DNA from: Eledone cirrhosa | Lineage: Eukaryota | DNA: 64,000 nucleotides | NCBI GenBank assembly: GCA_964016885.1 | Contig: OZ024741.1 | Coordinates: 356,128,001 to 356,192,000, forward strand | Direction: 5' to 3' | In this document: positions 41,926-56,316 of the stretch, in pieces | Numbering within the stretch: the first letter of the stretch is position 1 | Layout of the letters: each line of letters opens with the position of its first letter | The notes under the pieces: model-generated | What the model was told of the DNA's origin: nothing | The model's input: the letters and a program-made list of their open reading frames with translations, nothing else | Databases searched by the model: none | Made by a program: the position numbers and the translations under genes

Positions 41926-41987
<62 letters not shown>

Positions 41988-41988
41988 G

Positions 41989-42084
<96 letters not shown>

Positions 42085-42415
42085 TATACATATATATATA
42101 CCAATGAGAGAAGGCACATAACAAATTATGTCGGATAATAGGGGTGAGCCTTTGTGTACTTGATTGGCTATGGACTTGTATCTTTAGCGGCCTAATAGCG
42201 TATCAAGCTGTCCTGGGCTAACCTCTATGCACTGCCTGTTCATTGGAAACATGTGCTTACGGGGGTTAGTTAGTTAGTTAGTTATTCTCTCTCTCTCTTT
42301 CTCTTTCTCTCTCTTTATATATATATATATGAACACATACATATCTGAGAGCCTGCGTGTGTCTGATTGAGTGTTTATATGTGTAAGGGTTATTATGTAT
42401 TACAATAAACATTAC

Positions 42416-42646
42416 CTCACGCACTATTCCATTGAAGAATCTCATTGATGCAAACATCCAATAAAACGGTGAAAATGCAGAGATTAAGTTGAAGATTACC
42501 AACAAGATATGACTTAAGATTCGCATAGGCTTCCGCCCAAATGTTTCGATCAAACATGGCGCTAGCAAACCGCTGATCACCTGACCTAAAGTGTAAAACG
42601 TCTGAGTTGATTCAGCCAATCCCTCTTTGTTGCAGACCAGATCCCA
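42416..42646 (-). CDS. SLC22 exon 3 (WDLVC, TM2-TM4)
   Basis: WDLVCNKEGLAESTQTFYTLGQVISGLLAPCLIETFGRKP...MRFFNGIVRE; SLC22 WDLVC signature and MFS motif A (FGRK); TTTTACAG acceptor, GAG|GTAAT donor; 231 nt. Confidence 0.95.
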
Positions 42647-42788
42647 CTGTAAAAGTAAATGTAATTCATAATGAGACAGAATTACATACGAATGTAGAGA
42701 AATTACATACGAATGTAGAGAAAAAAAGGGAGAGGAAGAAGACAGAAAGAAGGAAAATAATATGAGAGAGAGGGAGAGAGAGTTGCAA

Positions 42789-42830
<42 letters not shown>

Positions 42831-44403
42831 TGCAGTTGTTATTAATATTATTGTTGGTAGTGATGATGACGGTATCGGTAGAGCATTGGACGACATGCTT
42901 TATGGCGTGGGATTACGCCCTTTACGATCTGAGTTCAAAGCTTGCCAAGGTTAGTTTTACCTTTCATGCTTACGGAATCAATATAATAATGTACTAGTAA
43001 TGCACTGGGATCGATTTAATCGACTTTCCTCTCCCAAAACATTGTTGGCCTTGTTCCTAAATCACAAACAAATATTGTTGGTGGGGATGGTTGTGGTATA
43101 CATGACCGAATGGTTAAGGAGTTTGCTTCGTAATCATTAGATCCCGGGTTCGTTTCCACTGCATGTCAGCAGTGGGCAAGTGTCATTTACCATAACCTCA
43201 AGTTGACTCATGCCTTCTGAGCGAACTGGGTAGACAGAAACTGTCAGGAAGCCTGTTGGATGGACTGTACCTGTACATTCAAAGGACCAGTCTCGTCACA
43301 CACTGTATCACGCTGAATCTCCCTGGGAATTACATTAAGGGTATATGTGTCACTGGAATGCTCAGTCACTGACACATTAATTTTATAAGCAGGCTGTTGC
43401 GTTTATCGAATAATCGGGACGCTCATATTCGAAACCAATTTAACTATATGTATTTTAAAAGAGTTAACTTTATATTATAAAATATGGAGCGATTTTGAGT
43501 GGGTTGGCATCAAAATGGTTTTAATCTGCTTTAGTATTTGATTGGTACAATAATTTATCGGCTCTGGAAAAAAAAGGTAAAGTTTACCTCGATGGGATTT
43601 GAACAATGGGCGTAAAGCATTGCAACTAAATATTGCAAGGTATTTTGTCCGACGTTCTAACGATTTTGCCAATGCAACAACCTTAATGGCATACAGTAAT
43701 TAATAATTTACTCATTAACTCATTCACATAGGAAGAATTGAAGTCTTGTAGTTGTCATATCTTTTCCCACGAATAATATATAGATAACATAAAACTTGTT
43801 TACACACACATATCAATTTCGGAAATAATAGAATAAGTTTAATGTCTTCGTTACCATATTCCCAATGAAAGAGACATATGTTCACCTACATGTTCACACA
43901 CATATCAATTCTGAAAAAATAGAATAGGTTTAATGCTTTCGTTACCATATTCCCAATGAAAGAGACTGTCTATAATTTTCAAACAATTTTTAAAAATAAT
44001 CAACAATTTGGTGGGATTTAGCATTAAAACTAACTTTAAGCTAATGTGAGGGCGATGCGTTGGCTGAATCGTTAGAGCGTCTAACAAAATGCTTTGCAGC
44101 ATTTAGTTATGACCCTCTACGCCCTGAATTCAAATACTATCGAGGGCGATATAATAAAATGCCAGTCAAGGATTGGACCAAGGTAATATAACCGACTTAC
44201 TCTTCCTCTAAATTACTGACCTTGAATCAAAATTAGACATTTTTATTAAGCTCATGCTGGAAAATACCATAAAAATGGTTCTTACATGAAAATTGTGATG
44301 GAAAGACTTTAGATAAATATAAACATTTTATAACAAATAGTTTTGTATTGTAGAACCAGGATTGGTATCAGAAAGGTTAATATAGAAATAGTAATCAACC
44401 TAC

Positions 44404-44612
44404 CTGTGAAACTATGGATTTATCAACAGGTGTAGTATAGTGATAACCATTCAGACATTCCAGCGTTCGATTCTCGGTTGTAATCCCTTCATCGGAACTG
44501 ATGATGTCTATGGAGCATTTATCATAGATCAGGTTGGCATCAGTGATCGATATGTTATATTGATTAAGTTGAAACTGTGTCAGATTGTCACATCGATGTT
44601 CAGGAGTGATAG
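44404..44612 (-). CDS. SLC22 exon 2 (large extracellular loop)
   Basis: Hand translation AITPEHRCDNLTQ...YDKCSI...ECLNGYHYTTPVDKSIVSQ has the conserved HRC/C/C..G..Y...SIVS pattern; acceptor TTTCCAG, donor CAG|GTAGGT; 209 nt, phase 1->0. Confidence 0.92.
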
Positions 44613-44638
44613 CTGGAAATAGGATTCTGAGAGTGAAC

Positions 44639-44714
<76 letters not shown>

Positions 44715-47201
44715 CAAAGAGTTATTTAATTTGTTGGTTATTCAACAAATTTATTCATAACAGTTTCGAAGCACTCTACAGTATTCTTCTGGAGTGTAAT
44801 ATCAATAATATTAATAAATGAACACTATCTTTATAAAACCATATTTATTTTATTATATATATTTCAAGGGTACCAAAATATTTTTGGTACGCTCTCATCA
44901 GATAAAATACAAAAGTTGTTTTACAGATAGTGACATATTCAATAACAAGAACATATCGTTTTAGGTTCTGTTTGAATAGTGAAAGAAATTCAAATCTTAG
45001 GATGAATCTGTTAATGAGGGTAAAGTAAAGTTGAAAAAGATCGTTATATTTAGACGCTAGGTAAATTTAAATAATTATTAGAGATACTACTAATTATTGG
45101 GTCTCTTCTAATATTGAATTTTAGTATTATACAGATATAATATTTATAAGTATATTTTATGAAGAATTAAGGTTGTAAGTGTATTTTATTTTATTATATT
45201 ACAACAGTTTATTTATATAAATATTCATATAAATAATTTTGGTGAGTATATATGTTGTTTTTATTAATAGATAGATAATTTAAATATTTTTTATACGTGA
45301 ATAGTTACGATGAATTTCCTGTTTACATTTTCAATATATATTTAAGAAAAAGGAAGTACGTAGTTCTATTTTATTATAGAAGATTATTTTGTATATTCAA
45401 TATTTGCATCTAAGATAGGAATACATTTACAATTTACGAAGTTAATGAAAATTATACAACAAAATTTTAATATGTATGTAAAGTTTAGTTGTTACTTAGA
45501 AAAATGTGTAAACGTGTTACATTATAAAGGAAAAAATAACTCTTAGTTAAAATATTTATATTTACCGATTAATTCCAGAATTTACTTTCCAAAATATTCC
45601 AATTAAGATATATGTGTAAAATATATGTAAAAAATATATATTATTTTATATATGATTATACAGTATCATATATTACATATTTTCTAAGATAAAAAAATGT
45701 TTATATATGTATTTAGATAGCATTCCTTATAGTTATGTATATGTTAGTGATATTAAGCATTTATATGTATGGATTTGCAATGTCTATATAGTCTATTAGG
45801 AATAAATATTACAGACATTAAAAGTATATTCAAAAACATCACTAAAACCATCACAAAAAGGTATATTTCAAAATATCATTTAGAAAATCATTTAAAAGGG
45901 ATGCCATTTAGAAAAATATCATTTAAAAAGAAAAAAAAAATATCATTAAAAAAAACATCACAAAACATCATGTGGATCTTAAGACCAGATTTGCTGGAGC
46001 ACACACTTCCACACTCAGGGCAGACCAATTCAATGGAGACACCGATCATGAGATACACCAGGGCATTGCTTACCCACATTCCGTTTGATGTTCTCGCGCT
46101 CTATGCGTCTGTTCTCAAAACTATGGGCCCCATCATTCACCATTTCACGCCAAATTTCTCTTTCAAGAGTTTTTATCTCCATTCATAGATACACACATAA
46201 ATACACACATAAATACACACACACACTCACACACACAAACACACACACACATATATATATATAAGTTGTAGTTCCTGTCTGTTTGTTTGTTTGTTTGTTC
46301 ACGAACTCCTCCTATGGTTTTGGAGATAGACCCCTATAACCATATATATTCTGAAACTACATTGCCCAGGGTACTTGGATAAGTATATTTCCTTTTAATC
46401 AAAGGGTTTCCCGGGGGAACAAACCCCCGCTGAAAACCCCCACTGAAAATATTTTTCCTTCAATTTATATGAAATGTAAACCATAGGTAAAATGACAAGA
46501 TATAATGCCTATTCACAAAGGTTTTGAATTGATATTTTTAAAAAATTATTTACAAGAAACAAAATAAGAATAAGATTTAATAATGTACTTTTGATTTGAT
46601 ATATTACAAAAAATAATGTTTTCCAGTTTCTCATGCATTACATTTTACATTGAGTATTATTGAAATGCAGAGTTTTTCTCCATAAATGATATCACTGATG
46701 CGCTTCCTATTTTGAATATATATATATATATAAAGGTTCACATATACATAAAGTTATATATGTTACAACCGGTCACTTTGTGGCTCTATGAAGAATTAAT
46801 AAATTAAATAATCAGAGCAATATATCATAAATCATGTCTATAGAATTATTAGATAAATAAAATAATAATTCTATAGACATGATTTATGATATATTGCTCT
46901 GATTATTTAATTTATTAATTCTTCATAGAGCCACAAAGTGACCGGTTGTAACATATATAACTTTATGTATATGTGAACCTTTATATTTAATAATCTCCCT
47001 ATTTTCATACATATATATATATTCATTCCAACTCGTGTGCTCCTGCTCCACATTTTATTATTATTATTATTATATACGATCTGAGTTCAAATCCCGCCGA
47101 GGTTGACTTTGCCTTTCATCCTTACGGGGTCGATAAAATAAAGTACCAGTAATGCACTGAGTTATTGTTGGCCTTGTGTCTAAAGTAGAAACCATTATTA
47201 T

Positions 47202-47296
<95 letters not shown>

Positions 47297-47448
47297 AAAA
47301 TGTGGAGCAGGAGCACACGAGTTGGAATGAATATATATATATGTATGAAAATAGGGAGAAAAAGACGATTATTAGGAAGAAAAATATTTTTTTTTCCCTT
47401 TTATTTTTTTCTCTTTTTTGGGGGGGTTAGAAAATGTTTAAAACAAAA

Positions 47449-48215
<767 letters not shown>

Positions 48216-48289
48216 TGCTAGCCGAATTACCCGCGCCTTACTGCGTTTCACACATTTGATGATTGATTTTAAATCAGTGATAGATAGAT

Positions 48290-49124
48290 AGATAGATATG
48301 TTTCTTTTATTTGCCACCAGGGCATCAAAAGTGGGACAAGTACAATGGGGGGAGTTTACAAAACAAGGCGTCCTCAATAAGGAGGAGGCAATAACAATAT
48401 ATAAAAATAAAATAAAATATAACAAAAAATAAAATTTATAACAAAGTCCTCAATAGAGAGGAGGCGCCTTGGGGGGTCGCACACACCCCCGAAAAAAAGT
48501 GTGCAACCCTTTTCCTCAGGAGCACAGAGAAGGGGTGCTCCCTTGGTCTTTCATCTTCCTCACCTATAGTCTGATGTAGAGTGAAAGCCCATTCACACGG
48601 GCCATTCTCGCCACTTTCACCCATCTTTCATAAAAACGGCTGGGGTGCAGCATCTCTCTCTCCATCCTGATCCTTCTTCCGAAATGATATCGGAAGAAAC
48701 GGACTAGTTGTTGGCCAGAGAGAAAGGTGTCTGACCTCAGTCCTTTCAGACGCGTCCACCATACAACCTCTTTCGCCATGGCTATTACGCACAGAAACAC
48801 CGCCTCTTCTTCGTTTTTGAAGAGGGGAGGCGGCTTAATCGTTACAATAGACTCGGTGGTCAACCGGATCGGTCCCACCCTTGACAGCAGTTGTTCGACA
48901 TAGCCACACAGATCGGCAATGCCCGAGCAGTGTACCAATGCGTGTGCAACGGTTTCCTCGTCGCACACGCATCTGGGACAGATCTTTTTCGAGGGGTCCC
49001 TACCCGGGCGCCCGTGTCTGTAGAGCCTTTCTCGAACGGACAGAGCCCTTCTGTAGCATTGCCAGGCCAGGGACCTCTGGAAGTTATCCATGGGTCCCGG
49101 GCTGAATGTCCTACCGAACAGGTT
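48290..49124 (-). mobile_element. 5'-truncated Tx1/L1-like LINE 3' end
   Basis: DNFQRSLAWQCYRRAL.V...CPRC..EETVAHALVHC (zf-RVT-type CCHC); (GATA)n on both sides. Confidence 0.8.
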
Positions 49125-49163
<39 letters not shown>

Positions 49164-49197
49164 TAATATGTTTAGTGTGTGATAATGTCATACATAC

Positions 49198-49336
49198 CAA
49201 AGAATACGTAAAAAAAACTATTAGACGAACTTATGATAACAGAGGCACAGATCAAGATGTATTGTGTTATGTGGAAGAACTTAGATTCCCCCAAACCACA
49301 CATAATTCCATCAACATCAACTTGGGAAGATTTCAT
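49198..49336 (-). CDS. SLC22-family transporter, coding exon 1 (N-terminus, TM1)
   Basis: ATG at 49336; MKSSQVDVDGIMCGLGESKFFHITQYILICASVIISSSNSFFYVFF resembles the SLC22 N-terminus (D..L..LGE.G.FQ); donor TTTG|GTATGT, phase 1. An in-frame upstream ATG at 49459 is possible. Confidence 0.85.
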
Positions 49337-49394
49337 TTTGGGTCCTTTCTTCGTCTTACCAGTGCACACACTTTCTCTCTCTCTCTCACACACA

Positions 49395-49433
<39 letters not shown>

Positions 49434-49716
49434 ATACTCTCTCTCACTTCTTGTCCCATGTTTATATATATGCATATATATATGTATGTGGGTGGGGGTA
49501 TGTGTGTGTATGAATGTATATATATATATACATATATGTACATATGTCTATGTATGTGTGTGAGTTAGTGCATGTTGATACTTGAACCCCAAATCTAATT
49601 AAAGTATTTTAAAATGTATCTTAAAACATGCATTTGACTTTCAAATGCATAAGTGAGGCGAGAGTAACTATATACATATATATATAATACAATATGATAT
49701 ATACATATATATATAC

Positions 49717-49792
<76 letters not shown>

Positions 49793-50279
49793 TGTATATA
49801 TATATATATGTGTGTGTGTGTGTATAGTCACTCTCGCCTCACTTATGCATTTGAAAGATAAATTTTTAAATACCTTAATGACGTTTGGCACATGTATCAA
49901 CACGCACTAACTCACACACATACATAGACATATGTAAATATATATATATATATATATATACACATACACATACACTCACTCACACATACCCCCCCCCCTA
50001 TATATATATGCACATGGGACAGGAAGTGAGAGAGAGTATGAGAGAGAGAGAGTGTGTGAGAGAGAGAGAGGGAGAGAAAGTGTGTGCATAGGTAACGTGC
50101 AGACATCATCATCGTTTAACGTCCATTATTCAACGGGTTAGACGGGTCGTTCATGCCGGGAGGCAAGTCTGGCTAGGGTTGGCCATATATCGCACCTTTC
50201 TCCGGCGAGGACTATAAATTTAGCTGAGTATTTTACAGCTAGATGCCCTTCCTAATACCAACCACGTTTACGGTGTGGA

Positions 50280-50940
50280 ACTGGATGACTCCGTTATGAG
50301 GAGGGGTAGGATAGTTGGCAGGGCCGAACCCGTCTCACAATGGAACCAAATTTCCGTAGCCCGACCCATCACACAATGGAACCATACTTTGGAGCCCAGT
50401 ACTGGATGACACCGATACGAGGAGCCTAACCCATCTCACAGCATAGCCACAGTTTTGGAGCCCGGTACAGGGTGTCACCGCTAGGAGGGGCAGTCAGCGG
50501 GCGAAACCCATCCCACAACGTTACCACAGCGATATGATGAGAGACAGGTGCGGAACCACAGTTTGGGAGCCTGGATTCGGATGGCAGCACCACTATGCGA
50601 AGGGACCAGTGATAACACTATGAGGAGAAACAGGCCAGTTGGCCGCGCCGGGTCCTTCTCACAGCTGCACCCTAGTTTCGAAGCCAGGCACTCCCCACTC
50701 GACGGACACTTTTCAATACGAAACCGCATTGGGTGACACTGCTATGACGAGGGACACGCTAGTTGGCCATGTCGAACCCATCTCACAGTGAACCCACGGT
50801 TTTGGAGCCCGACACTGGGTAACACCCATATCAGAAGGGACAAACCAGTTGACCGTGCCGAACCTTTCTCACAGCGGAGAAGTTTTGGAGCCGATCACTC
50901 TCCACTCAGCGAAACCTTCTCAATACGAAACCAGATTTTT
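50280..50940 (+). repeat. Degenerate GC-richer tandem repeat
   Basis: Recurring GCCGAACCCATCTCACA..GGAACCA..TTTTGGAGCCC..ACTGG.TGACAC units. Confidence 0.7.
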
Positions 50941-51294
50941 GTGAGACTGGCACTCTGTTTGCGGCGAAACATTCTCTTTGAGTCTGTCCAAGTGCTTTAT
51001 AGTTATAAAGGTGGGTTTATGCATTTTAATCTATCTCTTTAATTATAATGTATTTACCATACCTTTCGTAGATTTTATGTTTTCACTCTAGTGGCCTTAT
51101 ACTCCCTGTAATTGAAAACATACTCTTTCGTGTTTTCTTCTCTCTATATTGTATTATATATATATATATATATACATATATATATTCTTTTACCTGTTCC
51201 AGCCATCCGGCTGAGGCCATGCTAGGGCACCATATATATATGTATGTATGCATGTATATATGTATATATATATATGTGTGTGTGCGTGTGTGTG

Positions 51295-51377
<83 letters not shown>

Positions 51378-51614
51378 CGAAGGAGTTGTGGTAAGAAACC
51401 AGATGGACCATAACGCACCAGAGTACTCAATACTTAGGGTAGTAGCGCTGACATTGCGAAAATGCGCATAACAAGAATTACAACTCGTGTGGACTACTTA
51501 ATGCTGCTTACGTTGTACTTTATGGGTTAAGGTGTTGCAGGTGCAAAACTCGCAATCAAATAAACACTTAAATAAAGACACACAGATACACACAAACACA
51601 CACACACACACACT

Positions 51615-51773
<159 letters not shown>

Positions 51774-52401
51774 ATTGTTATACTTGGGGAGGGTCATATA
51801 TATATATGAATATTCGTAAAATTGGAGTATTCTCAGGGCGAAGGGTAGCTATAAACAGCTAGATGCTATATGTATCTTTAAAACATTTTTTAAGATATAA
51901 CCCAAAATCGAATGGAGAGGGGAGAGAAAAGAAGAAAGAGAGTCCAAAGCATGAGATGAGAAATGAGAGGGTTATAGAGAGAGAGTGAGAAGGGGAGAAG
52001 AGAGGAGAAAAATGGGGACGAGCAACTATGTAGTCTTGAAGGGAGCTGACGATTCATATGACGCCAAAATTCCTTTTTCTTGTTCTATCTTTCTATCCAT
52101 CGCTTCGTTTTTCTTCTTAAGCCCTGCTCCATCGTTTTCATCCCCACTTTTCTCCTCTCCTCTTCTCTTTTTTCTCTCTATAACCCTCTCATTTCTCATC
52201 TCATAGTTTAGACTCTCTTTCTTTTCCTCTCTCCCACTCTCCATTCAATTTGGGATTATATCTTAACCCCCAAAAATGTTTTACTAAACATATAGTATCC
52301 AGCTGTTTACGGCTACCCTTCGCGCTTAGAATACTCCAATTTTACGAATATTCATATACACTCATCGCTTCAAACCTTTTCAATGGATGTTTACATACAT
52401 A

Positions 52402-52962
52402 CATGGTGGCTGCCAACTCGTTTTCGAGTACGGCCACTACTTTATATCCATGTAGGAGAACCCCTACCGATGCGCTGAACAAGTGTGACTTTTTAGTCCA
52501 GCCAGCGACTTGAAAACTCTGGTACAAACACTACACCTGTGACAATTATTGACACATAGTGCTGGGCCCATGGTACCATGTGACGACAAGTGCAGAGAGA
52601 TCTCTAGATATAAAGCAATGCCTGTGCCGTGAAGCTTTTATAGTGAGCAAAGGCACTGCACAAAGCCAGTCCCACTCTCTTAACCAGGATGATATTTACC
52701 AAAAAGAAGAACAAGTCAACATCATTGGATACCATCAGGGTTGCAGGTGTTATATCAGAGTTTTCCTTCTCCTAGAATTCTGCCTTGACAAAGGTTAAGG
52801 GGTCATCTCTCCCGGTGATTTTGGATGGCCATTGACTCTTAAGAGCTCCTTTGCCCTTTGACAGGTTTTGTTTTTAGTCCTGCAGGATGTCCAAAGTCAC
52901 CCTCCTCACCAAGAAACCTTGGTGGGGTTGCCAGTTTAGTCGCCAACGACCCGACCATGAGG
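52402..52962 (-). mobile_element. RTE-derived element, family A copy
   Basis: Reverse complement of 1529-2090; flanked by (CATA)n. Confidence 0.8.
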
Positions 52963-52996
52963 CATACATACATACCTACATACATACATACATACA

Positions 52997-53063
<67 letters not shown>

Positions 53064-53126
53064 GATAACAAATTATCGTTATAGGTAATCCTTTTTGTAC
53101 TGTTGACCATGTTATTCTTCACTCTT

Positions 53127-53169
<43 letters not shown>

Positions 53170-53627
53170 TCAGGTTTGAAGTTCACCACTGTATAGAGCT
53201 GGTCTATTCCGTATGGTCAATCGTAATGCAATAATATAGAGAGTACTCAACGTAAAGCAGTTCAACCGTCTTTGTTTTTGTAGTTGGTGGTGCTATTACG
53301 GAGTTAAATATTATAATGAAATGACAGGAGGCTGGATTTGTGTAAATCCTTGAAAGGTTTATTATACTATGATCATTTCAATGACCGGGTTCCGTATGAA
53401 TCCGGTGATATCATCAGGTATTCGAAATATAATACGTGAATGTAATAGGTAAAATCCATGGGGCTGAAAGTCGAGACCCGAGGGCGACCGCTATTCTGTT
53501 CCTTCAACCTCAGCCGGTCGCCCTGGAGCGACCGGCTGAGGTTGAAGGAACAGAATAGCGGTCGCCCTCGGGTCTCGACTTTCAGCCCCATGGATTTTAC
53601 CTATTACATTCACGTATTATATTTCGA

Positions 53628-53685
53628 ATACCTGATGATATCACCGGATTCATACGGAACCCGGTCATTGAAATGATCATAGTAT
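53628..53685 (+). ncRNA. Hammerhead motif (mirror copy at 53364-53421 on -)
   Basis: ATAC-CTGATGA-TATCACCGG...CCGGTCATT-GAAA-TGATCA-TA-GTAT. Confidence 0.75.
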
Positions 53686-53731
53686 AATAAACCTTTCAAG
53701 GATTTACACAAATCCAGCCTCCTGTCATTTC

Positions 53732-53797
<66 letters not shown>

Positions 53798-53800
<3 letters not shown>

Positions 53801-54397
53801 TAATCGCGGTTCACTTTTCACGGTCCCGTTACATCACGGATTTTTCTTTGGAACGTATCTAATTTCCTATCACGGTAATCCTCGCTACATCGCGGATTTT
53901 TCGTTAGAGTATATCTATTTCCTTATTGCGGTACGTACGTCTGAGTAAAAAGTGTTTAAAATTTAAACTTATTAAATAAGTTTCGATGTGATTGAAGTGT
54001 ATAGCGAAAGGAAGGGGCATCTTAAGGCTTTAACTATATAACAATGTTCTTATTTTTCATTCCATTACTGTTTCACTGATTGTGTTTTTCTGTAATCTAC
54101 TACAAACCCTTTACAGATTGACAATTGGGAGATGTGCAGTATATTACCAAGCGGCTTACGTGGTTGGTAATGGTCGTCATTGGTAACTAGTAGTACGATC
54201 GTTGGTGGTAGTTTTTCTACGATCGTTACTGGCTGTTTTTGGTGTTTAAATACAAGTGTGTTTTAATGAGTTTATATGTACTTAAAGGCTTCAACTATGG
54301 AAACAACGGTTGTCTTTAGGGTCTCTCTATATCGCGGATTTTCATTTATTGCTGTTGGTTCTGGAACGTATCCCCCGCGATAAACGGGGGATTACTG
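53798..54397. mobile_element. Tigger/pogo-like MITE
   Basis: TA-CAGTAATC...GATTACTG-TA termini with repeated ATCGCGGATTTT subterminal motifs. Confidence 0.7.
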
Positions 54398-54428
<31 letters not shown>

Positions 54429-54464
54429 ACATTGTTCTTTTGCGTGAATACGTCATGAATATAT

Positions 54465-55200
54465 CTATACTATAAAGCTGACGCGCCGTATGTAGGTAAC
54501 AAACTTTCCGCCAAACGGCTGGACCAAACAACACCAAATTTGCACCATAGATGTAACTTTTTCCAAGTAGAAAAGTGAGGGTATTTTCGTCTACTGAATT
54601 TTGTTAAAAGATTAAAGACATTATTTAAATATTCACTTCTTTAAAATTTTCAAATGTCAACACTTCCGGTTATACGACATTCCTAACGTCTTCACGAACC
54701 AAAGTATCATCTTCCTGTTTTCTTTCGGTTGCAACGTTTTTCGAAATATTTACTTCTACGTTCACAGATTGATTTTTTTTAGTTTCAGAAGATCACGTTA
54801 AGGGTGAAAGCAGCGATTCTTTGCTTAAACTTTTCGTGTACAGATATTTTTGCATTCACAAAAACAGAATATAAACAAACGTATTTATTTCACGAAAGCA
54901 CAGACGGCTTATCGTCATTGTTACTGCTGATATGCCACCCAAAAAGGCCTAGCCTGGCCGCAAGATCAGATTTTCCAGAAGAAAAAATGTTACTAGAGCA
55001 ACAGAGAGACTAAGTTTCGCGATTACCATCAACAAAGCTCAGGGTCAAACCCTAAAAGTGGCTGGCCTTCATCTGGGAAAACCATGGTCAATTGTATATA
55101 GGATGCTCTAGCGTGAGCTCGCCAAACAATCTCTTCATCTTTGCTCCCGAGGGCCGAACAAAAAATATTGTATAGTCTGAGGCTCTAACAATGTAATTTA
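54465..55200 (+). mobile_element. Helitron fragment with PIF1-type helicase C-terminus
   Basis: ~55006-55190 translates RLSFAITINKAQGQTLKVAGLHL..HGQLYIGCS..SSPNNLFIF..GRTKNIV* (frameshifted); 5' TCTATACTATAAAG start is Helitron-like. Confidence 0.75.
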
Positions 55201-56266
55201 TGTATATTTTGTTACTTGGAATTTCCATTATGGTTGTACAAATTATTGTAAAGTTTGTTAAAAAATGTGTTCTCTGTTCAACCTTTATTGTTGTAACTAT
55301 CAATTTTCTTTAACGTACTGTCTTTTGAACTGGGGAATCCTAAAAACTATTCAAACCCAACATCAGAGCACGTTAACCCCCCCCCCCCCCCCCACCCCAC
55401 CCCCACCCCCCCACCCCACACACACACCACCGCCACCACCACTATTGCTGACTTGAGAGGGCGTGCGGTATCTTTGCACTGGAGTGGAGGGGGGATTCCT
55501 GAAAAGATAAGATGCCAGTAAACCTAGCCGTATATATATATATATACGTTATTCCGGGTTGAATCGGAGGTAACCACAGTAAGTAAGGTACTCAATATAT
55601 ATATATATAGAGAGAGGGGGGGGGATGGAGAGATAAAGAAAGAAGAAGAGAGGAAGGAGAGAAAAGAAACCTACAATGAAAGAACATCTTAAAGTTTACC
55701 CAAGCCAAATGTTTTTATTAACATTTCTATCTGCAGGTTCTTAGCAAGCTTACTGGCGCTTTAGTATGGTATTCAATTCTCATATCGTTTTTGATTGATA
55801 TGATGCATATATCTCATCTATTCATGTTTTAAACATTAGATAACGATTGCTGATGTATATTGTACGGCAGAATTAGCTGAAAAATATTTTGAATGAACAA
55901 ATAAAAGAGATATAGTAACCTATACATAATATAAAAGAGAGATGTTTGTTGGTTGGTTCCTTCACGTATCGCATGAAAAAAACGAAAAGTGACAATCAGA
56001 AAGTATGTACAGGATTGGAATAAGAGTATATCCAGGAAAGTTTATTGATACTAATTTTATAACACCAAAGAAACAGAAAGACATACCACGTATGCTAACC
56101 AACCTGACTGCTATTTCTAGCAGGTTGGGAATCTACCATAAGGGATTCTCTCTGCGAGTTCGTTGTCAGTGATGATCGTGTTTCGCGTCCTTATGTCTCC
56201 GATTCCAACGGTGGTTTACACATACACACACACACGCACACGCACACACACGAACACTCACACAGG

Positions 56267-56316
<50 letters not shown>

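Noticed and set aside
43095-43170. tRNA genes (also 10428, 62038)
   Set aside because: Degenerate A/B boxes continue into SINE bodies; no complete cloverleaf.
45888-46079. C2H2 zinc-finger host gene (CPECGSVCSSKSGLKIH)
   Set aside because: Single incomplete finger without splice context; looks like a LINE C-terminal remnant.
53373-53676. Identical 72-aa ORFs on both strands
   Set aside because: A consequence of the palindrome; no recognisable protein motif.
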